43,426 bases of DNA. Origin: an uncultured Candidatus Saccharibacteria bacterium. Its GTDB lineage: Bacteria; Patescibacteriota; Minisyncoccia; Phycocordibacterales; UBA9973. The notes under the pieces are model-generated. The model did no database searches. It was not told where the DNA came from and was given only the letters and a program-made list of their open reading frames with translations. The stretch spans positions 1 through 43,426 of the forward strand of contig CAZUUH010000002.1 of assembly GCA_964623415.1 (NCBI GenBank), written 5' to 3'. A program made the position numbers and the translations under genes. The stretch's first letter is position 1. Each line of letters opens with the position of its first letter. Of this stretch, positions 12,611 to 20,797 are shown piece by piece.

Positions 12611-13612
12611 ATGATTAGAGTTGGTGTAATTAGGGGTGGCTTAAGTAATGAATATAAAGTTTCTTTACTTTCAGGAGCTTCTGTTTTAAAAGAATTAATA
12701 AAAGAGCCACTTTGTAATAAGTATAAAGCTATTGATATTTATATTGATAAAGATAATGTTTGGCATATAAATGGAGTACCTTCTTCTCTTGATATAATAT
12801 CTAAAGAAGTTGATGTTATTTTTAATGCGTTACATGGTGATTTTGGAGAAGATGGTGTAGTCCAAGAATTACTTGAAAATTATAAAATTCCGTATACTGG
12901 TTCTGGTCCAATTGAATCAGCATTAGGATATAATAAAATTTTATCTAAAGATCAATTTAATAAATTGAATATAAAAACTCCAAGACATATTTTATTTCCT
13001 GTATATCAAAAAGATTTTGATGGTTCGCTTGATAAGTATGCTAGAGAAAAAGCAAGCGAAGTTTTTAATAAACTTCCTCCACCATGGATTGTAAAACCTT
13101 TAACAGGGGGTTCTTCAATGGGTATCCATGTATGTAAAACATTTGATTCTCTTGTTAGTGCTTTCAATTTGGGTGTTAATCAAAATGTGAGTGTTATAGT
13201 AGAAGAATTTATTGAGGGCAAAGAAGCCACTGTTGGGGTAATTGATAATTTTAGGGGTAAAGATTTGTATACTCTTCCGCCAGTTGAAATAAGAATACCA
13301 AAAACAAGCTCTTTTTTTGATAATGATGCTAAATATAATGGTAAGTCAGAAGAGATATGTCCTGGATGTTTTTCTGAAGAAGAAAAAATAGAATTAGAAA
13401 GACTAGCATCTTTTATACATAAGGGTTTAGGATTGAGACATTATTCTAGAAGTGATTTTATTGTTCATCCTAAAAAGGGAGTATATGCGCTTGAGGTAAA
13501 TACTTTACCTGGATTAACTACAGAATCATTATTACCGAAGTCTATTTCAGCTATTGGTTTAAATTTATCAGATTTTATTGAGCATATTATTAATCTTACT
13601 TTAAATAAATAA
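12611..13612 (+). CDS. ddl: D-alanine--D-alanine ligase
   Basis: Contains VIRGGLSNEYKVSL, ALHGDFGEDGVVQELLE, an ATP-grasp core (WIVKP...GSSMGIHV) and EVNTLPGLT. Confidence 0.9.
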   Translation: MIRVGVIRGGLSNEYKVSLLSGASVLKELIKEPLCNKYKAIDIYIDKDNVWHINGVPSSLDIISKEVDVIFNALHGDFGEDGVVQELLENYKIPYTGSGPIESALGYNKILSKDQFNKLNIKTPRHILFPVYQKDFDGSLDKYAREKASEVFNKLPPPWIVKPLTGGSSMGIHVCKTFDSLVSAFNLGVNQNVSVIVEEFIEGKEATVGVIDNFRGKDLYTLPPVEIRIPKTSSFFDNDAKYNGKSEEICPGCFSEEEKIELERLASFIHKGLGLRHYSRSDFIVHPKKGVYALEVNTLPGLTTESLLPKSISAIGLNLSDFIEHIINLTLNK

Positions 13613-13661
13613 TTTTTTATTTGCAAAAAAGGTTTTTTATTTGTATTATTATAAAAGTATT

Positions 13662-14498
13662 ATGAAAATTTCGATTTTAGGTTATGGTTCTTTTGGTGAA
13701 GCAATAGCTTCACGTTTAATTTTAAGAGGTCATTCTATTATTAAAGAAAAAGTCGAAGAAGATTCAGATATTATTTTGGTTTCTGTACCATCTCATGCAG
13801 TTAAAGAAGTATTGTTGTCTCATAAAAATAAAATTCTTGGTAAGAAAATTATTATTTGTTCAAAAGGTTTAGACGAAAGTGGAAGTTTGTTTTCTGATAT
13901 TTTAAACAAAGAACTTCCAAATAATTTAATATATTTCTTATATGGTCCAACAATTGCAGAGGAATTAAAAAATAATGAATTTTCTGTGATGCTTTTGTCA
14001 GGGGCAGAGGGTAAAGAAGAATTAAAAAGACAATTAGAGTCTGATAATTTTAAAATAATAATTTCTGAAGATTACATAGGGCTTCAAGTAGCATCAGCAT
14101 TGAAGAATATAGTAGGTATTTTAATTGGTATTATAGAGGGGTCAGGATGTGGTCAAAATACCCAAGGATATGTTTTTTCAAAGGGCTTACAAGAAATACA
14201 AAAAGTAGGGGTTTATTTGGGTGCAGACCCGAATACTTTTATTGGAATAGCTTCTGCTGGGGACTTATTTGTGAAATCTAGGAATAGACTTGTGGGTATT
14301 CAAATTGGTAAGGGCTTAAAAATTAATGATATTTTGAAAGATATTTCTTATCCAACAGAAGGATTAACATCTCTAAGCTCTTTAATTAAATTAGAAAATA
14401 AATTAGGGCTTGACCTAACTTTCTTTAAAATTATAAATGATATTATCTACAATCAATTATCTGTTTCTGATGGTTTGAAAAAAATATCTGATATATAA
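13662..14498 (+). CDS. gpsA: NAD(P)H-dependent glycerol-3-phosphate dehydrogenase-like protein
   Basis: Rossmann N-terminus MKISILGYGSFGEAIA, then GPTIAEEL and ALKNIVGILIGI blocks. It is shorter than typical GpsA. I chose the ATG at 13662 over the TTG at 13641. Confidence 0.7.
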   Translation: MKISILGYGSFGEAIASRLILRGHSIIKEKVEEDSDIILVSVPSHAVKEVLLSHKNKILGKKIIICSKGLDESGSLFSDILNKELPNNLIYFLYGPTIAEELKNNEFSVMLLSGAEGKEELKRQLESDNFKIIISEDYIGLQVASALKNIVGILIGIIEGSGCGQNTQGYVFSKGLQEIQKVGVYLGADPNTFIGIASAGDLFVKSRNRLVGIQIGKGLKINDILKDISYPTEGLTSLSSLIKLENKLGLDLTFFKIINDIIYNQLSVSDGLKKISDI

Positions 14499-15131
14499 TT
14501 ATAATTTATTTTTACGAAATAAATTTATTAAAGAAAATATATATCTGGTACCATTTTTGGATAAGTTAAATAAAATCGCAATTGTAAATAAGAGTATTGC
14601 TATGCTTGTGCTATAGAAAGAAACACAAACTGCAATAAGAGCAGACCCAACTGGGAACAATATATGCATGTTTGCATGTTCGTTTTCTGTTTTAGTGAAT
14701 GGTGTATTATCTATATTTTCTGATTTTATAGCATATTGTCTCATTCTAAACAAAACTAAACCTAAGAATATTATATTAAGTGCAAAGAAAATAACTGCAG
14801 TTTTTGATTCTAAATATTTTCCAAGAAAATCTGAAGAAAATGGAACTAATGCTACTAAACATAAAAATACCCCACTTATATTTGAGAACTTAATGTCGAT
14901 ATTTTTTGCAAGAACAGAAGCAATTATATGATGAGACCTCCAATAAGTGAATAGTAAAGAAAAACTCAAAATATAACTTAAAAATAATGGATACATTGAA
15001 ATAAGAGCATTGATAAAAACCATCTCGTTTGTAACGGGTGGTAAAGAGGGGACCCTTATCTCAAAAACTAAAATAGTCATAACGATAGCAAATATGCCAT
15101 CTGCGAGTTGGTCTAATCTTGATTGTTTCAT
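14499..15131 (-). CDS. TMEM175/DUF1211-family membrane protein (putative K+ channel)
   Basis: The signature RLDQLADGIFAIVMTILVFEIRVP at the start of TM1 matches the RxxxFSDGVFAI motif. The protein has about 6 TM segments. Confidence 0.7.
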   Translation of the reverse strand: MKQSRLDQLADGIFAIVMTILVFEIRVPSLPPVTNEMVFINALISMYPLFLSYILSFSLLFTYWRSHHIIASVLAKNIDIKFSNISGVFLCLVALVPFSSDFLGKYLESKTAVIFFALNIIFLGLVLFRMRQYAIKSENIDNTPFTKTENEHANMHILFPVGSALIAVCVSFYSTSIAILLFTIAILFNLSKNGTRYIFSLINLFRKNKL

Positions 15132-15207
15132 ATATTCTATTATATCATTAAAAATATAAGTAAATTAATCTTGCGATTTGTCTAAAATAATGTTATTATA
15201 TAAATAT

Positions 15208-16020
15208 ATGGAAAAAATATTTAATCAACCTGAAAATAAAAATAATGAGGTTGTTTCTAGCAACACTTCTATTGAACAAAAACAAAAGGGTCTTGAAGAA
15301 GAAAATAAATCTCTTAAAAAAACTCTTGAGAATATAAAGAATATTTTTTCTATTGCAACTCATGATGTTCGTAATTCAATGTCAGGAATTATTGGGTATG
15401 CGGATCTTTTGTATGAGTTAATTAAAAATGAAGATAAAGATACTGCTATACTGCAATATGCTGAGATAATAAAAAAGAATAGTTATAATTCTCTACATCT
15501 TATTGATGAATTTTCTAATTGGATCAAATTGGAAGTTAATAGTAATAAAAAAGAATTTAGTAAATTTAATTTAAATGATGAAATTTTAGACTCCTTGGTA
15601 GTTTTATCTAATAAAATATCAGAAAAAGAAATAAGATTTAAAGTAAAAATAGATGATGGTATAAACATTCTTTTTAATAAAAATATTATAAAAACAGTAG
15701 TTAGGAATTTAGTTTCTAATGCTGTTAAATTTACAAATAAAGGTGGGGAAGTTATTGTAAGGTCAGATGATATTAATGATGATTTTGTGAAAATTTATGT
15801 TGAAGATAATGGCATTGGTTTAAATAAAGAAAAAATAGCTAAACTTTTTAATGAAGCTTTGGACAGTAGTTTGGGGACTGATAACGAAAAAGGGTTAGGA
15901 ATAGGTTTATATATGTGTAAAAATTTTATGGTTAAAAATGGAGGTAATCTTGAGGTTGAAAGTGAGGGAGAAGGTATGGGTTCAAGATTTATAATAACAA
16001 TTCCAAAAGAAGTGAAATAA
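15208..16020 (+). CDS. Soluble sensor histidine kinase (coiled coil + HisKA + HATPase_c), orphan
   Basis: H-box ATHDVRNSMSGIIGYADLL, N-box RNLVSNAVKFT, G1 VEDNGIGL, G2 GLGIGLYMC. There is no TM segment and no adjacent response regulator. The start is uncertain: the ORF opens at TTG 15178, but ATG 15208 sits 8 nt after TGTTATTAT. Confidence 0.8.
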   Translation: MEKIFNQPENKNNEVVSSNTSIEQKQKGLEEENKSLKKTLENIKNIFSIATHDVRNSMSGIIGYADLLYELIKNEDKDTAILQYAEIIKKNSYNSLHLIDEFSNWIKLEVNSNKKEFSKFNLNDEILDSLVVLSNKISEKEIRFKVKIDDGINILFNKNIIKTVVRNLVSNAVKFTNKGGEVIVRSDDINDDFVKIYVEDNGIGLNKEKIAKLFNEALDSSLGTDNEKGLGIGLYMCKNFMVKNGGNLEVESEGEGMGSRFIITIPKEVK

Positions 16021-16039
16021 AATATATTATATTAAAAAT

Positions 16040-16061
16040 AGCACCTATCGGTGCTATTTTT
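16040..16061 (+). terminator. Rho-independent terminator after the histidine kinase gene
   Basis: AGCACC-tatc-GGTGCT followed by ATTTTT. Confidence 0.6.
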
Positions 16062-16069
16062 AAATAAAG

Positions 16070-16142
16070 TGGACCTTAGCGGACTCGAACCGCTTACCTC
16101 CTCATTGCAAATGAGGCGCTCTACCAGATGAGCTAAAGGCCC
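16070..16142 (-). tRNA. tRNA-Ala (anticodon UGC)
   Basis: The reverse complement is GGGCCTTTAGCTCATCTGGTAGAGCGCCTCATTTGCAATGAGGAGGTAAGCGGTTCGAGTCCGCTAAGGTCCA. It has the G3:U70 identity pair, anticodon arm CCTCA-TTTGCAA-TGAGG and a GGTTCGAGTCC T-arm. Confidence 0.88.
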
Positions 16143-16225
16143 AAAATTAAATACTTATACATATTACCGTATTTTTATTTTTTTGCAAGAGATCGTTTTT
16201 TCTTCTAAACTTTTTTGCTCTAATC

Positions 16226-16234
16226 TGATACAAT
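16226..16234 (+). promoter_or_regulatory. Extended -10 box TGATACAAT upstream of ATPase A
   Basis: TGATACAAT ends 9 nt before the ATG at 16244. Confidence 0.4.
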
Positions 16235-16243
16235 ATAAAAAGG

Positions 16244-17716
16244 ATGTCTTTAAATAAACCAAATAAAATACAAATAATTAAATATGCTCCACCTCCTCCA
16301 GATTTACCAACCTTAGGTAATACTGATCCTAGGGATGCTGTTTTTATTGGAAGAACAAATTATGTTGCTGCTCTTGAAGAAAAGAAATTTATTTTTGGTA
16401 TTAAAAGAGTCGATAGAAGAAGGCATATGTATATAATAGGTAAGTCTGGTGTTGGTAAATCAAAACTTCAAGAATTGATGATTCGCCAAGATATCGCTTA
16501 TGGACAAGGTTTATGTATTATTGACCCACATGGAGAATTAATTGAAGATGTATTAAATTTTATTCCAGAAGAAAGAATTAATGATGTTTGTATTATAGAC
16601 CCTGGTGATATAAAATATCCATCATCATTTAATCCACTAGCTAATGTTGACCCAACTTTTAAGCATCAATTAACTCAAGGTTTGATTGAGGTTTTACGTA
16701 AACAATTTGGTGCAAACTGGACTCCTCGTTTAGAACATGTTTTTCGTTTTACTGTATTGGCATTGCTTGATTATCCTTATGCAACTATGCGTGGAATGAT
16801 AAGCTTGCTTACTGATCGTAACTATCGACAGAAAGTAGTTGAGTACATAGAAGATGATATGGTTAAAAGATTTTGGGCAATTGAATTTGCTGATTGGTCT
16901 GAGAAGTTTGACACAGATGCAATTATTCCTTTAGTTAACAAGCTTGGGCAATTTCTTTCTGATCCAATGCTTAGAAATATTTTTGGACAAAAAGAAAATA
17001 AAATAGATATAGAGAGATTAATGAATGAGAGAAAGATTCTTCTTATTAATTTATCAAAAGGGAAAATCGGAGAAGAGAACTCTTCTTTCTTTGGTGCAAT
17101 GTTTTTAACAAAAATAAAACAAGCAGGAATGGCAAGAGCAAGACTTGATCCTAAAGATAGATCTGATTTTTATCTTTACGTAGATGAGTTTCAGAATATT
17201 GTTACAGATACTTTTGAGAATATTCTCTCCGAAGCTCGCAAGTATGGTATAAATTTAATAATTGCGCATCAATATATCGCACAACTTTTACCAAAGGTTC
17301 AACAAGCCGTGCTTGGGAATGTTGGATCTATTGTTTCATTCCGTGTTGGTGGAGATGATGCTACAAAATTAAAACCCGAGTTTGCTCCTATTTTTGATGT
17401 TAAGGATATGATTAATCTTGGAATAGGTGAATTTTATATTAAAATGACAATAGATGGTGAAAGCTATGACCCTTTCTCTGCTGAAACTCTTCGTGTTCTT
17501 ACTCCAACCCATAGATCATATAGAGAGGAGGTTATAAATGCTTCTAGAAAAAAGTATGCTATTTTAGCTGATGATGCTGAAAAGTTAATAGCTGAAGAAG
17601 AGGCTACGATAATTAGATCTGCTCAAGAAAAATCTGCGATAACAGGTAATAAAAATAATAAAACACAAAAAGGAGGTTCTACTACTGAAGATAAAGAAAA
17701 AGAGCCACTAATATAA
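16244..17716 (+). CDS. Soluble TraD/VirD4-like (coupling-protein-like, FtsK/HerA-superfamily) P-loop ATPase, paralog A
   Basis: Walker A IIGKSGVGKS (nt 16439-16462), Walker B FYLYVDEFQN, and ILSEARKYGINLIIAHQYIAQL, which resembles the TraG/TraD C-terminal block. There are no TM helices. It aligns end to end with ORF 18635-20794. Confidence 0.7.
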   Translation: MSLNKPNKIQIIKYAPPPPDLPTLGNTDPRDAVFIGRTNYVAALEEKKFIFGIKRVDRRRHMYIIGKSGVGKSKLQELMIRQDIAYGQGLCIIDPHGELIEDVLNFIPEERINDVCIIDPGDIKYPSSFNPLANVDPTFKHQLTQGLIEVLRKQFGANWTPRLEHVFRFTVLALLDYPYATMRGMISLLTDRNYRQKVVEYIEDDMVKRFWAIEFADWSEKFDTDAIIPLVNKLGQFLSDPMLRNIFGQKENKIDIERLMNERKILLINLSKGKIGEENSSFFGAMFLTKIKQAGMARARLDPKDRSDFYLYVDEFQNIVTDTFENILSEARKYGINLIIAHQYIAQLLPKVQQAVLGNVGSIVSFRVGGDDATKLKPEFAPIFDVKDMINLGIGEFYIKMTIDGESYDPFSAETLRVLTPTHRSYREEVINASRKKYAILADDAEKLIAEEEATIIRSAQEKSAITGNKNNKTQKGGSTTEDKEKEPLI

Positions 17717-17917
17717 AATTTGTTTTTAAATCATTTTTTAATGATATAATTATAAAGTAAGTGGTCGAAACTAAAAATCATACTTATAGTGTACCTCTAA
17801 TCGCAGGAGTTGATGTGCGTCGTATAAATTATCCATACAAAGAATGGATGATGAAAGAGATAGAATAATTTCAATTTAATTTTTCTATTTAGCTTTTTAG
17901 AAATACCATTAAAAATT

Positions 17918-17954
17918 AAAAAAGTGGCTATACGGTTTAATACCGCATAGCCAC
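17918..17954. terminator. Hairpin terminator overlapping the 3' end of the 7-TM gene
   Basis: GTGGCTATACGG-tttaata-CCGCATAGCCAC (12 bp, 1 mismatch). An A6 run sits on the left, giving U6 on the minus strand, and TTTATT on the right. It is strongest for the minus-strand gene. Confidence 0.6.
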
Positions 17955-18536
17955 TTTATTCCTCCACCATTTATTAACTAAAGGTATTAGTGTAATGGAG
18001 GTTAGTATTATTTCACAGATTGGATAACCAATTTGTTCAATATTTGTATTCTTTGCTGAAGATAGTGACACAATACTGACAATTAGAAAAATTATATATC
18101 CAGTGAGATTGTATTTAACACTTGGATATTTAAAAGTTCTGTATATCAAATATATACCGATTATTGATTCGGAGATTATGCCCAATATTACAGCTGTGAG
18201 TGGTCCACTTATATACCAGCCTAGTATGCACAATATTACAAGTGTTGTTGTAAAAATTTCTCGTTTTGTACAATCTATCCTACCTTGAAATAGTAATATA
18301 ATTGCCATAACAAAAGATCCAACAGCAAAACCAAACAAGATAACAAAATTACCATCTACTTTATTAGTAGATAACATTGTTATCATATCTAACAAAAAAT
18401 ACAATGCCCAAGTTGTAAAGGATTGGCTTTTATCCTTTCTGTTTTTTAATATACCCATTATAAGTGGGATATAGGCAACTATAGATAGCCAAAATACAAT
18501 CCAGTCTATAGGTGCCATTTTTAATAGAACTTCCAT
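17937..18536 (-). CDS. 7-TM integral membrane protein (weak PQ-loop-like N-terminal motif)
   Basis: About seven hydrophobic segments. The first-helix region AYIPLIMGILKNRKDKSQSFTTWALYFLLD loosely resembles a PQ-loop repeat. The family assignment is tentative. Confidence 0.45.
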   Translation of the reverse strand: MEVLLKMAPIDWIVFWLSIVAYIPLIMGILKNRKDKSQSFTTWALYFLLDMITMLSTNKVDGNFVILFGFAVGSFVMAIILLFQGRIDCTKREIFTTTLVILCILGWYISGPLTAVILGIISESIIGIYLIYRTFKYPSVKYNLTGYIIFLIVSIVSLSSAKNTNIEQIGYPICEIILTSITLIPLVNKWWRNKVAMRY

Positions 18537-18559
18537 ATTAATGTTTTTAATTTATCCTT

Positions 18560-18587
18560 ATACTATTCTTCTAAATATTTAAGTCAA
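18560..18587 (-). promoter_or_regulatory. Candidate promoter of the 7-TM gene (TTGACT-16 nt-TAGTAT)
   Basis: On the minus strand, -35 at 18582-18587 and -10 at 18560-18565. It is divergent from the ATPase B promoter within a 98-bp spacer. Confidence 0.35.
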
Positions 18588-18612
18588 GCTTATTTATATT
18601 TAAAAAAATAAA

Positions 18613-18621
18613 TGGTATAAT
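18613..18621 (+). promoter_or_regulatory. Extended -10 box TGGTATAAT upstream of ATPase B
   Basis: TGGTATAAT ends 13 nt before the ATG at 18635. There is no SD in between. Confidence 0.45.
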
Positions 18622-18634
18622 TAAACTAACATAT

Positions 18635-20794
18635 ATGAACAGCGAAATTCCACAAAATAGAGACATTACATATTTTGCCAAAACAAATTTTAGAAGTAGT
18701 AATTCTGTTTTTGGTATTAAAAGAAAAGACCGTAGACAGCATATGTATATACTTGGAAAATCTGGTACAGGTAAATCTGTTCTTATGTCTAATTTAATTG
18801 CTCAAAATATCCAAAATGGAGAGGGTGTTTGTGTTGTCGATCCCCACGGAGAGCTTGTTGAAGAAATATTAGAAATGATACCAGAGCATAGAGTTAATGA
18901 TGTAATCTATTTTAATCCTGCAGATATTGATTTTCATATTGGATTCAATGTTTTGCAAGTAGAAGACCCAAAATATAAACACTTGGTTGCTTCTGGTCTT
19001 ATGGGTATATTTACAAAGATTTGGGCAAATGCATGGAGTTCTCGTATGGAATACATTTTAAATAATGCGATTTTGGCTTTACTTGATACACCTGGCACAA
19101 CTCTTTTGGGTATTCCTAGGTTACTTGTTGATAAAGAATACAGACAAATGATCATAGGTAATCTAAAAGATCCCGTTGTTAAATCTTTTTGGATACACGA
19201 ATACGAACAATGGCGTGAACAGTTTCGTAATGAAGCAATAGCTCCTATTCAAAATAAAGTTGGTCAGTTTCTCTCTACGTCAATGATACGTAATGTTTTA
19301 GGACAGAAAAAATCAACCATCGATATTTTTAAAATAATGAATGAGGGTAAAATTTTTCTTGTTAACGTTTCAAAGGGTCGTATAGGAGAAGACAATTCTG
19401 CATTACTTGGTGGAATGATAATCACAAAGATACAGCTTGCTGCTATGGAGCGTGTACGTATTCCAGAAGATGAACGTAGGGATTTTTATCTTTATGTGGA
19501 TGAATTCCAGAATTTTGCAACTGAGTCTTTTGCGAATATTTTATCAGAAGCTCGTAAATATAGATTGAACTTAACAGTTGCTCACCAGTATATTGCTCAG
19601 CTCGAAAATAAAGATGGATCTAAGGTTTCTGACGCTGTTTTTGGTAACGTTGGAACGATGATAGTATTCCGAGTGGGAGCAGATGATGCAGACTTTTTAG
19701 AAAAAGAGTTTGAACCTGAATTTACAGCTCAAGATTTAGTTAATCTTCCAAATTATAATATATATTTGAAACTTATGATTGATGGAATAACCAGTCGACC
19801 TTTTTCAGCAACTACACTTCCTCCAATAAAAATTGATCGTTCTTTAGGGGTTAAGGATAAAATAATCGATGCTTCTCGTAAATTATATACTAGACCAAGA
19901 AAAGAAGTTGAAACTGAAATCGATAAATGGAGTGGGACACTTCAAACGAATGAAGGAGAATCAAGATATAAGGTTGATTGTTTTAATTGTAAAAAAATAA
20001 CGACTGTTCCATTTGAGCCCAAAGAAGGAAGGCCTGTTTATTGTAGGGATTGTATGAATAAAATAAAAAGTGGTGAGTTAAAGGCACAACAGGGTTTTAT
20101 TAATAACAATAATTATAATAATAATAGTAATAAAGTTTCTGTTGCTCCACTTGCTTCACTTGGTATTGAATTTGAAAATAAGGGTGTAGTTAAGAATAAA
20201 GATAAACAGACTCAGGTTGTCCAAAATAATAATCCTAAGAATCAAAACAGTAACAAAAACAATAAAAAATTTTTAGGACCATCACCACTTTTAAAAGGTT
20301 TGTTGCAGAAAATTGCCCAAGGTGATGAAAAAGTTATTAAAGATAAAGATTTAGAAATAGTTGAAGTTAAAAGACCAACAATCGAACCAATTTCTCTTTC
20401 TTCTCTTAAAAATAAAGAACCTAACAGAAATATCAATAACACAAAAGAAGCATCAGAAGAGAAAAAAGCTTCTCTTAAAAATTTTTTAGAGAAAATAAAT
20501 AAAACAGAAGGGGTTATAGAGAATGTAAAAGAAAATAATGGTAAAAAGTTAAATAATGTACCAGAATTAAAACAAGAACCAGAGTTAAAACAAGAACCAG
20601 AATTAGATCAAAAAATAGACAAAAAAGAAAACATGGTTGAAAAAATTAATATAGAAGAAGAAAAAATTAAAGAAGATAAGGTTGTAGAAGAAAGAAATCA
20701 ACAATCAGATAATAATATTAATAACCCATCTTGGCAAAAACCAAAAGCAAGAAAAGAGGTTCCCGAAGATGTTTTAAGAAAAATTTTAGAATAA
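18635..20794 (+). CDS. TraD/VirD4-like P-loop ATPase, paralog B, with C-terminal CxxC-x17-CxxC zinc ribbon and long K/E/N-rich tail
   Basis: Walker A ILGKSGTGKS, Walker B FYLYVDEFQN, ILSEARKYRLNLTVAHQYIAQL. The zinc ribbon CFNCKKITTVPFEPKEGRPVYCRDC is at nt 19979-20053. It is followed by about 245 aa of low-complexity tail. Confidence 0.72.
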   Translation: MNSEIPQNRDITYFAKTNFRSSNSVFGIKRKDRRQHMYILGKSGTGKSVLMSNLIAQNIQNGEGVCVVDPHGELVEEILEMIPEHRVNDVIYFNPADIDFHIGFNVLQVEDPKYKHLVASGLMGIFTKIWANAWSSRMEYILNNAILALLDTPGTTLLGIPRLLVDKEYRQMIIGNLKDPVVKSFWIHEYEQWREQFRNEAIAPIQNKVGQFLSTSMIRNVLGQKKSTIDIFKIMNEGKIFLVNVSKGRIGEDNSALLGGMIITKIQLAAMERVRIPEDERRDFYLYVDEFQNFATESFANILSEARKYRLNLTVAHQYIAQLENKDGSKVSDAVFGNVGTMIVFRVGADDADFLEKEFEPEFTAQDLVNLPNYNIYLKLMIDGITSRPFSATTLPPIKIDRSLGVKDKIIDASRKLYTRPRKEVETEIDKWSGTLQTNEGESRYKVDCFNCKKITTVPFEPKEGRPVYCRDCMNKIKSGELKAQQGFINNNNYNNNSNKVSVAPLASLGIEFENKGVVKNKDKQTQVVQNNNPKNQNSNKNNKKFLGPSPLLKGLLQKIAQGDEKVIKDKDLEIVEVKRPTIEPISLSSLKNKEPNRNINNTKEASEEKKASLKNFLEKINKTEGVIENVKENNGKKLNNVPELKQEPELKQEPELDQKIDKKENMVEKINIEEEKIKEDKVVEERNQQSDNNINNPSWQKPKARKEVPEDVLRKILE
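20561..20614 (+). repeat. In-frame tandem 18-nt repeat x3 (PELKQE/PELKQE/PELDQK) in the ATPase B tail
   Basis: The units are ccagaattaaaacaagaa, ccagagttaaaacaagaa and ccagaattagatcaaaaa, read directly from the sequence. Confidence 0.9.
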
Positions 20795-20797
20795 TTT

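Noticed and set aside
16160-16188. The palindromic TTGCAA as a special -35 element for translation-apparatus genes (rpsA, rpsB, tRNA-Ala with TTGCAA-16-TAATAT).
   Set aside because: The idea is suggestive, but TTGCAA is an AT-rich palindrome expected many times by chance and it also occurs inside coding regions. Three cases are too few to claim a regulon. The individual promoters are kept as low-confidence features only.
17829-17837. A DnaA-box-like 9-mer, TTATCCATA (one mismatch to TTATCCACA), in the spacer after ATPase A. It might indicate an origin.
   Set aside because: It is a single occurrence with no cluster of boxes, no adjacent dnaA or dnaN, and no AT-rich unwinding repeats. The 273-bp AT-rich spacer at 33081-33353 also lacks DnaA boxes.
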